This document shows positions 24,992-37,858 of a DNA stretch of 64,000 nt, piece after piece. Made by a program: the position numbers and the translations under genes. The stretch's first letter is position 1, and each line of letters starts with the position of its first letter. This DNA is from Psilocybe cubensis (lineage: Eukaryota), in contig CM039003.1 of assembly GCA_017499595.2 (NCBI GenBank), positions 1,488,001-1,552,000 on the forward strand, given 5' to 3'. The notes under the pieces were generated by a model, which saw only the letters and a program-made list of their open reading frames with translations, had not been told where the DNA came from and made no database searches.

Positions 24992-25196
24992 CGACAAGAC
25001 TATCCTGTTGCACCCATCCAGCTACGGTTATTGTTGCAAGAAATAAGGCGGTATAGCAATACTGCTTTGATGCTGTCCTTCGGATGATAAATATCTTTGA
25101 TTATCTGTTGTGTTATTAAAAAGCAATATCATATATGTGGTATGTCGTTGTAGTCTATTGATACCGGAAGTGGGGATAAAAACGGTCCCGAAGCAT

Positions 25197-26725
25197 TCAA
25201 TCTAAAGGTTCATCGTCTAGCCGTGATCGGTTCTCATTAAATGCTGGAGGCAAAGGGCTTGATCCATCGTGAGCAAAGAAATCTTCGACCGTCAGAGGTC
25301 TTAGATCGAAACCCTACAATGCTGTGAGTATGACAAGTATAGCCATTGGCTAAAAGCATACCTCCAATTGACCCTTGGCGAGTGCCTCGTGGTTATTAGT
25401 TGTACTTTTCATAAATTCTCGTACAGGGACCATGGCTGCATTTCGACATAACTCTCTCAGATCGGAACCAGAAAGACCTTCTGTCTGCTCTGCCAGTGCT
25501 TGCACTGAGAAATTAGGTGCCAATTTGGTATCCTTTAACATCTGGAAGAAAGGAAATGAGCACAGGCCAAATAACGAAAAAATGAGTTTATTACACACCA
25601 AATCAAGAATTCTTGTTCTCTGTTCTACATTAGGTAGTCCGATAGCAAAACGCTTAGGCATGCGACGCAGAATGGCAGAGTCGATGTCATTTGGTCGGTT
25701 TGTTGCGCCAAGAACAAGAATTCTGTCCGATCCAGAGAGGAGGCCGTCCCAGAGTCTGAAAAAAACTTTGAGTATGATATCATGACTGCATTTGCACATA
25801 ACCCACGTCATAAACTCTGCTTTCATCATTCCCGTCACCTCGTGGTCGCCCTTTGTGCGCTCTCGGAGGAAAGAGTCGATTTCATCAATAAAGATGATAG
25901 CAGGCTGTGTCTTGCGGGCAAGGCTGAACAATCCCGCCACTAACTTGTTCGACTCGCCGTACCATTTGTTCGTCAGAACCGAAGCTGCGATGTTGATAAA
26001 AGTGGCCCCGGATTCTTTGGCCAAGGCTTTGGCAAGCATAGTCTTGCCACACCCCGGAGGTCCAAAGAGGAGAACTCCCTTGGGAGCCCCAAGAAGAGAG
26101 GAAGACGAGGTGAACAGATTGGGATACAGGAGAGGGTAAATTACGGACTCCCGTAGAGAGGAGATAATAGGGTCGAGACCGCCCACGTCTGAAATTTTTC
26201 GAACGTAAACTGACAGTTGGATATATATTCGCGGAATAAGACTTACCTCCAAAGGTGACCGGAATGTCATCGGGATGAATTACTTCATTCGCAACTTTGC
26301 CTGGATAGCCGGAGATTGTCAATATCGCGCCAGTGGGGCAAAGAAACCAACGCACGTTCGTATTCATCCAACTTCAACTCGTGGTGTCCCAGGCGTTTCA
26401 AAGCCGCCATTTGCTTTTCTTTCACTTCTGCATCTTTCTTGTCTGGAGACACCGCGTCGAGGACCCACTGAAGATTTATGGATTAGTCCGGTGCTACCGC
26501 GATACGAGCTGTTAAATGTCGACATACCCGCAAGGTGTAATATAAGGCTGCCTTGCATATGTGCTCAATAAATGTCATATTGAATGTGAAATAAAAATGC
26601 CCACTTGAGATGCGAGGAAAAGTGCAACTAGAAAAAGAACAGAAATCCTCTGGTAAGCATTCATTTTGAGAGAAACCAAGGGTCTGACCTTCGAATGCCG
26701 CTCGTTTTGTGCCCGAGGAGACCAT
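25197..26725 (-). CDS. MSP1: Mitochondrial/peroxisomal AAA+ dislocase Msp1/ATAD1
   Basis: N-terminal [89 protein letters not shown]. Confidence 0.93.
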
Positions 26726-29054
26726 TTTCAGCCTTTCACTGAAATTTAGAATATCGGGCGCAAGACTGAAAAGATTAGATGACCTCAGTTCCACTGAAGT
26801 AGGTGGTTTGGATGCAAGCCGGACTATGATACACTGTGTGATTGGCACATGATTCAATTTGTGATTTTGGTAACGTAAGCGGTTCAATGACAGCCAAGGA
26901 CCGGGGACTTGCAGGGTCTTGAGACGAAAAAGCGGTTTGCCCATCATCTTTTTTCATTTATACCTCAGCATATGTCTACTACAAAACCCAAGTTTCCTGC
27001 AAAATTAAATATCTGAGGAGGTCACCTTTAATCAATCAAAAACCAGTCAACTATGGCACTCCGCCGGATTCAAACACCGTATATACAGGTATTATTTCAG
27101 AGTTAAACTGGCACCTGTTCCAGCAATACTTTCACAAGCGATTCCGCCACCATGGTCATTTCCCTTTGGATTCCTTGCCAGGACAACTGTAGAATCCCAG
27201 TTCGCCAACCCATTACAAGAACCAGTGAAGGTGCAATCTGCTATATGCTCTTGAGGGTGCCTCGCAATCCGAACCAATATAACGCATTGGTGATTCAAAC
27301 CGACACTCGGGATACGATCTCACTCGTATCTGAAGATTCGTTTCAACCACGATCCAGATCCAAGCACTCATAAGCGTTTCGGGAGACTAATTCAAGCTAT
27401 AGCTTAGCAAGATTGAGGAATGCGCGTTCAGACTCAAATACTACTAGCTCGTTGTGTATCAATTCCTTGACATCCTCCAAGGAGTAAATTGTGCGTATCC
27501 TTGTTATGTTATTTCCTCTGTGCTGGGTATTTTTAACCTTAATGTCAATGTCTCCTCGAATCACACCACGGCAATGCTTTTTATTTAGAATCGATTAATC
27601 ATCCACCAACTAGAGTTGTACTTGACAATATTCGACCTATACTTGCCGAACATTCGACACCCTTCATCTGTACCTCCTAGGAAGCCCTCCTGGATCTGTG
27701 GCGGTCTCCAAAATTAGTAACTTCGCAACTGGGTGGAGCAGACCTCAAGAGAGAAGATAATTCCACCGGAGTCAAACTATCTTGAAATATTGCACACCTT
27801 GTCACTGGTCAGTCAGCTTCGACACAATACTATCCTTTACTCCGAGTCAGCGGGAATGGCGGGAGAAGCGTCTTCGGACCCATCTCAGGCGGGTATATGG
27901 AAACCGCACCTCGAATCTCTGTCGTTCATTCTTGTACCAAGAATGGTTCTCTTGCCTACAGGTTATAATGCAGATGTAATTTGGTTATGACCGTGAACAT
28001 TGAATATAAACACAAATAACAAGATATCGGGTTCGATGCAGGCGAATCGCTGCTCAAATTCTGGGACATTGCTTCTTCTCCCAAGGATAAGGAATTTGCT
28101 CAATCTTCAGGCCGTCGAATGCGGACAGAAACATATCTTCACACAGATCCGGAACCCACAGCGGTTCGTATTCACGGATATGTGTCGCAGCATCGACGCC
28201 GTTGTCATCCATGCTCCAACTGTGGTTCCTCTTCCTTTCGCCTTCAACAGATCTAAATTCTGCTTCAAAGCTACGACGACTCGCAGAATTATTTCGTTAA
28301 ACTCAGTGTCTTATGACAGAATGGCAGTAACAATCGGAATAGCAACATGTTCCCTACGGTACACGTTGCTCACATTACTTACGGCTCGCGACGGACGTTG
28401 ATTGTTATTGTGGATCCGTATCCCTCGGGAAGTAGACGGTTTTTATATATTAGACGCCGAAGGAGTCTCATTGCTTATACCCAATCTACGAAACTATATC
28501 AATCATCATATCACCGTTCTGAAGAAAGATTCAGACATATGACAGATAGTGTGCATATTGGCAGCCTGGAGATAAAGATGGAGTGCAGGTCTATATACAG
28601 TCAAACCGATCAGGATGGCGTAGATACTGGAATAAATTTCTATTAATTGAATACACGATATAGGTCACTGTACATAGCAAATACAAATAGCGATAGCGAG
28701 GTAGTTCGAAGGATGTAAAGAAATTGGAAGTGTTGCGATCTAAGGGCTCTACTAATGTCAGGTCATAGCGTAATTAACCAACAGGAAAGAATGATGGCAT
28801 AGAAGAGCGAGCCAGCCGACATAATATTTCATCAGCATAAACAAAGGTAACGCAAACAATGTTAGACGAGAGTGGCGACCTTTACAGAAGGGGATAACGA
28901 AAGAGAGATACGCAAAATACACTTTGCGAAACTGTTAAACGACACCACGAATACATCGGATGAAAGAAACGACATACCAGAACGGGCAAACATGACATCG
29001 CTGATGGATGGCTACGTTTATTTACACGGACTTGACGTGTAGTTTGAAGATGCT

Positions 29055-29567
29055 TCAGATAGGGGAAACACCAACAGCACGACCCGAGAACCTTGTCCTG
29101 GTTCGTGCGTCAGCTGGCCGAACGATCTCCTCCTGAACGACAATGGTCTCTGAAGAAACTGATGCCCTAACGAGGGGGTAGGTCGAAGATGTGATGGAGC
29201 AAGTTCGACGGAGAGGCCGAGTACCCATCGTTGGGTGGATGAGCGTTGAGCGGGGGATATTATACATAGGCGTCGGTTCCCGCGGCCTAGGCTGGCATCT
29301 TCGATAGATGTAGAAAGCCAGAAAGGCAGATACAAACAGCACTGCGGTGGTGGTGAGGAGAGTGAATACAGAGGGTTGGAAGTGTCAACGCCACTCACAA
29401 ATTGCGATGATCATAAGCTCAACAGTACGAGGGCTCATGTGGGAGTTAGGTGGATTACTGTCTGCATCCCGACTCGACAAAAGAGGTGAAGCCACAGTGA
29501 CACCCACGCAGAGAAATCCACAGACAAAGACTGTGAGGAGGTTGTAGAAAAGAAAGGTGTTCATCAC
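29055..29567 (-). CDS. Small single-pass membrane protein of unknown function
   Basis: Signal peptide-like N-terminus. One GT-AG intron (about 29343-29398) joins ELMIIAI to VLFVSAFLAFYIY-RRC (TM plus basic stop-transfer); a S/T/R-rich tail follows. Confidence 0.7.
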
Positions 29568-30219
29568 ACTGCTGGCTCAAACGACGTTGGGGAGAGTCAA
29601 GTTGATGGGTGGAAGTGATGATAGCTCGAGAGTAGGATGGAGGGTTGACGACTACGAGATTGAGGTGTTTTTATATTGATTGAAAGCAGGAAAGATGACT
29701 TGGATCTGGGCTAACTAAGATTCCCGAATCTCAGATTGGGATCTTCGCAGACCAGATTGAACGGAGAGTTGGAATACGAAGAGACCTGCGCTCCTCGAAG
29801 AAAACCCTTTCGTTACCAAGCCCTCGGACGAGGTATGGTAGCCGCTTTCGGGATTCACAATCAAGCTGAGCGGAGGCGTTAATGAGCTATAGGCTTTCGA
29901 AAAGATATCATGAATACCGAGGAACTCCCCTCATTTTGCCCCAGTAAGTATAAGGCTGGAGAAAGAAAGAAGCTGGAGACCACGCAATCCGGCCGGGGAA
30001 TGAGAACGGAGCAAATCCGATCTACGGTAGTCTACTCGTCAATTGAGATTGACGCCCAGGAACAAGATTGGACTGCGGCTTGGGGAACAGCCTGCTCGAT
30101 TCATCACGTAATACTCGGAGGCCACATGACCGCTAACCAGTTACCACGTCGGCATCATGGTCGTAATTCACAACTCTCCACTGTATTGCCAGCCTTAGGA
30201 CGCTTGTAATCCGCGTCTA

Positions 30220-32212
30220 ATGAGTGTGCTGTCAATAACGATTTGCATCTGCTGGCGCCTGCTCCTATCGTCTCTGTTTCTAGCTGCCTTCATCTGGATA
30301 TGCTTGCGAACCGTCTACAGAAGAAGCCTTCAGTCCGCTAATCACCAACGTCGGAAGTCATTGCTCAATACTCTGGGATATACAGACGCGGAAAAGAAAC
30401 GCGTAGTGGGATTTTTTCATCCTTATTGGTGAGGACAATTGGTGCCATCTTTACGGCGCTCTCTGATTCTACAAGTCACAAGCAATGCTGGCGGGGGCGG
30501 CGAACGGGTTCTTTGGACCGCCATAGCCGGGATGCAACGCACGGATCCTGATATTGTCAGTGTTGTGTACAGTGGAGATGTCGATGCTACAAAAGAAGAG
30601 ATTATCGCAAAAGTCAAGGTGCAACTTTGCATACAACCTAGGCATTTTCATCATCGTGCTGATGTTTTTTTTTTTCAAGTCGAGGTTCAATATCGAACTG
30701 GATCCTACACTTTTGCACTTTGTATTCCTTCGTTCGCGATACCTGGTCGAAGATTCTGCCTGGCCCAGATTCACGCTACTCGGCCAAAGTCTGGGTTCCA
30801 TGCGCCTTGCTTGGGAAGCCATGCACCAACTCATACCAGACCTATACATTGGTTAGCATCATGCTGACACGTAACTGAGGAAGATCTAATTGAAACGGCC
30901 AGACACAATGGGATACGCGTTCACTTTTCATATCGTTTCTTTGTTGGGCAAAATACCTATCGGAGCATACGTTCACTATCCTACTATCAGCACAGATATG
31001 TTGGCTCGCGTTGAATCCAGGAAGAAATGGCACACAAATACAGATGCAATCTCATCTTCTATTATTTTAAGCCGTATAAAGCTTCTGTATGTGTCTTACT
31101 AGGATTCATATGGATTTCAATTGAATACTTGACAGGTATTATCGCTTATTCATGTACTATTACGCCCATTCCCTCCGAGCGTGCAATTTCATTATGGTCA
31201 ACTCCTCTTGGACGAAGAACCATGTCGATTCTATTCTAAACCACTCCGACACGCTTATGGACGCACTTCACCCTCTACTCGCCTTCAAGTCTCTTATGAC
31301 CAAGAATGCACCTGAGCACGCCAGAATTGTGTATCCGCCTTGTGATACCAGCGAAATGGCCCAATTCCCTTTATTACCCCGCGAACGTATTGTGTTAAGT
31401 GTCGCCCAATTCAGGTAGCATTTTCAATTACTCTACCATGTCAAGTCGTGTTCAATATACATCAGGCCAGAGAAGGATCACAAAGAGCAACTAAACGCAT
31501 TCCATCTGCTTCTAGAAAAATTCCCAGAATACAAGGGAGAGGGGGGAAAGGGTGTAAAATTGGTGGTTGTAGGTGGAAGTCGTAACGAAGGCGACGCGAA
31601 TCGCGTCGCAGAACTTCGCAAGCAAGCTCAGGAACTTGGAATCGAGGTGAGTTAACAATAGCACACTATGTTAAGAGACTTCCGAATGAGCGATTTGATA
31701 GCCATATACAGACTTTATTATCAATGCATCTTATCCTATTGTCTTGGACTTGCTATCAAAGGCCAGTATCGGACTCAGCACCATGGTGGATGAACATTTC
31801 GGAATCAACGTGGTAGAGTTTATGGTGCGTTCTTTTTTGTCGCTTTGTACATGTCATTTTACTTGCTTTCAGGCTGCTGGGGTTATCCCCATCGCACACG
31901 CTTCTGGGGGTCCATTGAAAGATATCATTGTCCCCTTCAACGGAGAACCGACTGGTACGACCATCAATCTTCTCCCGATGTCTAACCAAGGACATAGGCT
32001 CATTTGTGATACCAGGATTTCACGCTCGCACTACGCAGGAGTTTGCGGATGCAATGCACACCGTTTTATCTTTGAACCCTGAGGAGGAGTCCGGGATGAG
32101 GTGGAGAGCGCGTGCATGGGCGGTTCAAAGATTTTCAGAAGAAGAATTCGAAAGGGGGTGGAACGAGAGCGGTTGGCGATTGTGGCTAACATCTCCTCGG
32201 AAGGTCGAGTAA
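30220..32212 (+). CDS. ALG11: GDP-Man:Man3GlcNAc2-PP-Dol alpha-1,2-mannosyltransferase (GT4)
   Basis: [76 protein letters not shown]. Confidence 0.96.
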
Positions 32213-32829
32213 TTGCATTCCTATTTGATTCAAAATTTTGACTAGTGAATTGAGTTTCACGGCGTCAGGCCGTTGACGGTGATTGCCACCTACTGACATA
32301 CGAGTACATATGCAAGTCAATGGGACCAGCACCCTGAATCATCATTCTGTGGCAATCAAAAATTATTTTCTGCTCAAGTGCTGTGCATTCGACAATGATA
32401 TGTCAAGAATTTTCGGAAGCTTGCCGATAAGTTGTGTGTCCAACAACGAAGACAGAGACAGTTCACGTTAACGCCTCTCGTACTCATTGAGGTGATGGAG
32501 GAATCTCTAGGTTGCTCGCTTGCTGGACTGTTACCACTAGCGGAGATAGCACATACTCATAGGAACAAATAGATCGAAGAACGTCTTACTCGAATCCCTG
32601 ATGTTATTCACGTTTGATTTTACGACCATGCCGTTTACTTTATTGGCGGTACATTAGGTGGTCCACTGCTGGAGCCGCTCTGCTTATTTTCAAGTTGGAG
32701 CTTATATCACTGATTAGTAGACCGTATTACCGTGAAGCGTTGGAGTGGGGACGGACGCGATGGTATGACGGTCAGTCCAATGAGCTGCCAGGTAGGGAAC
32801 TCGCCTCAACGGTCCAAGGTGAATATTCT

Positions 32830-34086
32830 CATCGGCAAAAGTGACCAAGTCCCCAAATGCCTTAGTAAGGCATTTGGGGACGCCCAAAGGCCCCAAGGCG
32901 CAAATGGCCTTTTATATCGACTAAGTAGAGACTCGCAATTTTGAAAGGCTACAAATCCTTCACTAGAATGAATGTTTTATCAAAATCTAAATTTAATGAA
33001 ATCATTTCGGTAAAATTTGGGAGACCCAAAAACATTTGGACAACATTTGAGTTGCATTTGAGAGACCCAAGATTTGAGGTTCACACAATGCTACAGCTTG
33101 TTTATTCTTATTTATAGCAGCCATTTCCCAATAATCACACACTTTGGAAATACTAACACAATAAAATTTGATTGACTACAATGGAGGGTACATAGAAACG
33201 AGTACAGATGACGATAATGGTCAACCAGACCCTGGGAGACTCCGTGTGACCAGGTCACAATAACTCGTGTGATTTGAGATCTGGATCTGGATGTGTCACA
33301 GTGAGTCATGGTAAGCAAAATGCAAAATGTATGCGCATTTGATGCGCATATACTCACAATTAATTCAACATGCATGTCCGTAAGACTGTAATCTATACTT
33401 GATGGAAAGATGTATCAAAGTCGAAGGAGGAGCAAAGACATAAAAGAAATTGTCAGTTGGGTTGCACTGGCAGTTGGGGATAATTGATTTACCTTGTGAG
33501 TTTAACTTTCAGGCCTATGTCATGTGCATGGGACACCAGAAGATTGTGTTGTCAGAACCAGGAGACATGAGAGTGAGGAAAGAAAGGAATTCGGGGCATG
33601 TCTCGAGTTATTATACACATAACATTGATTCAATCTCCGACTTAATTTGTAATCAGACCTGGGAGGCTCTTTGTCGATGGCTAGACAGAAACGGTGGACT
33701 TTGCCTTAAATTGACATTGTGCGATGATACTGTGAATAAATTTTTACATTGAAAAATCATTTTTTGCGCACTCTAAGGCCGGTAATCATTTGAGTGCATG
33801 TCAAGTTGAACTCAAGCTTTTCTTTTTCTTTTTATTTATGATCAATCATTCACTCTAAGTTCTATGGCAAACCAATAATTGAGAAATAAGTGTAAGTATG
33901 TGAAATATTTAGTAATAACTTTTGGGCTCTACAAATGTTTTTGGAGCCTCCAAATGCCTTCTAAATGTTTTGGGTGCCTCCAAATTTTACCCAAATGTTT
34001 TGTGTGACATAATTATGTCACATGAATCATTGGCCTTCCTTAAAAGGCAGCAAAGGCATTTTGGGACTTGGTCACTTTTGCCGATG
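32830..34086. mobile_element. Non-autonomous DNA transposon with 34-bp terminal inverted repeats
   Basis: 32830-32863 CATCGGCAAAAGTGACCAAGTCCCCAAATGCCTT matches the reverse complement of 34053-34086 at 33/34. AT-rich interior with subterminal CCAAATG/TTTGG repeats; no transposase ORF and no clean TSD. Confidence 0.85.
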
Positions 34087-34881
34087 CTATTCCCCGTGAG
34101 AAGTCCTTAGTACTTGATTTAAAACCAATACTAATGACCGAGTAAAATGCAGTGTAAAATTTTTAATTTTAATTTGAGCATTAAAAAGAGTAATATTCAT
34201 ATGGCGAATGCTTCAGGAATGCTACCATACTTTCCTGTTTTAGCAATCTCGGTCGAGTCAACATTTTGTGTACTTACGAAGCTAACACCGAGCCTCAAGC
34301 GCGGCTACAATACTACATTACCCCATTGGGATCAAAGTTTATACACAGCCGAATTGGTGCTTCTTTTCGTGGTTCTACTGAAAGCTGTGTTTTTAAATGT
34401 TCGCGGATATCAACTTGATGAACTTGAAGCATCAGCTAGATATGTTCAGCCTTGTAGTCTCTATGACACAGTGCAGAATGGAAGTTTTACTGCGGCACAG
34501 TTCGTGAAACTCGTATCGTCCTCGAGTGCACCGTCCGGAATTGCGGAAGTGAGAAGTTTTAGACACAATAGCTGAGAGGGTGAGTCATTTTCTTCTGCGC
34601 TCTATGGATCCACAAGATTCATGAGGCTGGAGTTTTTTGGAGGTCAGGGTAGTACAATGAGATTCAAGTGAATCAAGAAGCTAAAAGCTACATCAATACA
34701 GATTAACGGACGGAACATAGCTTCTTTGTAGAGACAAATTTGACAATCAGTCAAGGTTCAAATGTTCAACCTGAGTTATTCACGATGGAAAGGTCAACCT
34801 TTCGAAATCTATACCAGTAAACGAAACGATAAAAACATGAAGTAACTCAGTCGACCAGGACACGAGCTAATATTCTTCCAT

Positions 34882-36543
34882 TTAAGTGATCTTCATAATG
34901 ACTTCCTCTCCCTTGCCTTGTATCTCAGCAAGATTCCTATATCCAGCCAGTCCAAGAGAAGTGTCCAAATCGGCCAAAGTATGTCTAATGACTTGCTCGA
35001 CGCCAGCCTGACCCGCGAGAATTGAACCATACAACCATGGCCGACCAACTACAAATCGGAATTGAACTTTGGTGAGTTATGAGAATATATATATATATGA
35101 TAACTTACGAAGCACCGCCTGTGCGCCCAGCGCCATAGCCTTGATGATATCGCTCCCCGTTCGAATCCCAGAGTCGAACAAGACAGTCAACTCTCCCGCT
35201 TGTTGGGCCGCTCTAACCTTTTGAGACTTCATGATAACTTCCAGAGCCAGCAATGATGGTATTGCTCCATCAAGCTGCCGTCCGCCTAAATGACACGATT
35301 GATTATTCGCAGATTTACAAACATCAATCAATAACATACCATGGTTAGAGACAATAATTCCGTTGACGCCGTGCTCTAAAGCCTTCTCAGCATCCTATAA
35401 TAGAACGAAAAGCTCATCGGAGGGAACATCTTTTATAGGAGTTGAAACACGTACGTGAACGCTTTGAATACCTTTCAGCAGGAGCGGGCCTTCCCAATTA
35501 TCTCTGATAAATTTTAGATCCTCCCAAGAATGATATAATCCGGAATTTGCCTCTTTCAACCACTCTGAACCAAGGTAAACATCTTCACGAGCTTTGGGAT
35601 CACCAGCCGCGAAGGCCTTATCTATTTTGGCTGGGTCATAGGGGAACACCGGGTGTTCGTGCGTCACTTCCTTTCCGTGCTTTGCCATGAAGACAGGGTC
35701 AGATTTTCCGATCTGAACCCCTACCCCATGAGCAAATGGAATGTACGAAATCGCAAGATCATGGGGCCTCCAGCCAATAGACATGGTGTCTAGGGTTATG
35801 ACAAGAGCTTTGAAGTTGTTGTCCTTCGCTCTCTTGAGGAGAGATAAGGCGACGTCATGAGATTTAGGCCTATGTCCATATATTCAATACAAAGGAAAAA
35901 CACGCGAAGATCAATCTTAACTAACCAATACAGTTGATACCAACGGTACCCGTCTCCGTTGGCTTCTGCCACTTCCTCTAATGACCTGCTCGACGCTGTA
36001 CTAGAGATGAAGGGTACTCCAAGCGCCTTTCCAGCACGCGCAGGATTAAACTCTCCATCTGGATGGAACGTCGACTGCACTCCGATAGGAGCGAGGAAAA
36101 TAGGGGACGAATGAGTTACGCCAAAGATAGTGACCTTTTTAATGTTTGTATAATGACCTAGATTAGCAGTGCACAAGCGGTGTGATCTACCAGCCCTTTC
36201 ACCTCTAGCGATCGCCTGGTAGCATCGACCAACATCCGTGGGATGATTCCCCACTTTTCGAAAGCTTTCAAATTGGCTCGGTAGGTCGAGTTTGTACCAG
36301 CGCTACCACCAGCGTACATAAAAGCACCTGAATCGATTGTCATGCGATGTCGAACCATCGTCCGATGTACGACTTCTTACCTTCGTGGTCCTTAAGTTTC
36401 TCCTTTGCTTTCGCTTCGATCTCCTCGAAAATCACTGTTCCCAGGGGCTGAGGACCAACCCTGCCCCGATAAACGTCAGGCATATAGGAACTCCATGGAT
36501 TTCCCCCAGGCAAGATCGCAACTTCAGGTTTTTCGTCGGCCAT
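34882..36543 (-). CDS. FMN-dependent alpha-hydroxy acid oxidase/dehydrogenase (lactate 2-monooxygenase-like)
   Basis: YAGGSAG...ANLKAF...IPRML, PIFLAPIG, WYQLY, DTMSIGWRPHDL, LLLKGIQ, IIVSNHGGRQLDG, FDSGIRTGSDIIKAMALGA. Confidence 0.94.
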
Positions 36544-37180
36544 GGTCACCTGTAATCAGATAACCACCAAATGGCAAGGAAATGGAAGACAATAGGCCGA
36601 TTTCCCATCCTTATGTAGTACACCATTCCGGTAGAGTATGGCCGAAATTAGAGATCATGAGATTTAGAGCAGAGAGGGCTTACAAACATTCAATTGCCTG
36701 TTGTAGCATCATATTTTGTGCACATGTGACATCGGATATTCACAGAGGGACTATGGGGAAGTTGCACTGTTCCACCGCCAATGCCGCTGATGAATTGCTG
36801 ATGAATGGTACAACGACGTAACAGCGCAATGTCTTTCTATAAGGTCCCAATGTACGTAGAATCTTCTAAAACCAGCGCGACAGGTCACTCCGTTCGATAC
36901 TATCTCGCTGCTGCTAGTTTCAACTTCCCAGCTTTCAGACACCCCTCCCGATAATAATTTTAGTTTCTGCAATTCCGTAAGAGTTCCGTATCGGTATCGC
37001 ATAATTGACATTGCTACGTATGTACTAGCTCATAAACATAATGGAAGATTTAAGTGACGCACGAAAACGTGGCTTTATGTCATGCTTCCTCAGAATGGAA
37101 GATGCTGATGTGCCTTAACTCTTACCTGTTGGGTTGGACAATGGAATGGAGAGAGATGGGGGGCTGGGACTGGCTGGGAC

Positions 37181-37858
37181 GGATTATTCTATTCAGAAAC
37201 CCCAGAAACCCTAGAAACCCCATAGAAACCCCCAAAATTCATAAAATCGTTATGAATGTTGTGATGAAGGTGTGATGAATGTTCAGAATGCCGTTTCGGC
37301 GGATTAGGTAGGAGCTTGTATTCTCATGCGGGCCGTTTCAAGTGGCCACTCGGGTGCGTAGGTGCAACTTCGCTCAAAAATGGAAAAAGCAGTAAATTAA
37401 CAAGTTAAAAGCCTAGAAACCTCTGTATGATGTAGCTCTTTGTACCTACCACCACTACTATACTCTCTAGTAATTTTCTTGTATCTTATAGTACTCTGGA
37501 TGCCCTACCTCGGTGTTCATAAACATCAAATATGATATCCCCTCGAATAAATAACCGTTAAACGACTCGAAAGTCCACTGAATGTGTTTGGTGAGTTTCA
37601 TTGGCACTATGGCTTGCATTAGAAACGTTAGCGTAGAGGAATTTAACAATTGAATGTATTTACATGAAGACGATCAACTACTGATTCAAAAGCAATGACG
37701 ACGGCACGACACGGCAGACCAGAAAAGCTAGGTCGGACCTTAGACCTCCCATACATGTTCAAGCAGGGGTTTAGAATGTTGCTTCGAGGACTATTCAGAA
37801 ACCCCTGGGGTTTCTAGGGGTTTCTAGGGGTTTCTGGGGTTTCTGAATAGAATAATCC
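37181..37858. mobile_element. Mutator (MULE)-like MITE, 678 bp
   Basis: TIR GGATTATTCTATTCAGAAACCCCAGAAACCC is perfect over 31 bp and extends to about 50 bp with small indels. Flanked by a perfect 9-bp direct repeat GGCTGGGAC (37172-37180 and 37859-37867). No coding capacity. Confidence 0.92.

Noticed and set aside
34147..34575. 142-aa ORF next to the TIR element
   Set aside because: AT-rich, with no recognisable domain or transposase motif; probably chance.
35155..35172. tRNA T-loop-like GTTCGAATCC
   Set aside because: It is the antisense of the coding motif DSGIRTG; no cloverleaf can be formed.
37195..37245. AGAAACCC repeats as telomere-like sequence or a CRISPR array
   Set aside because: They are internal units of the MITE TIRs, with no spacers and no TTAGGG array.
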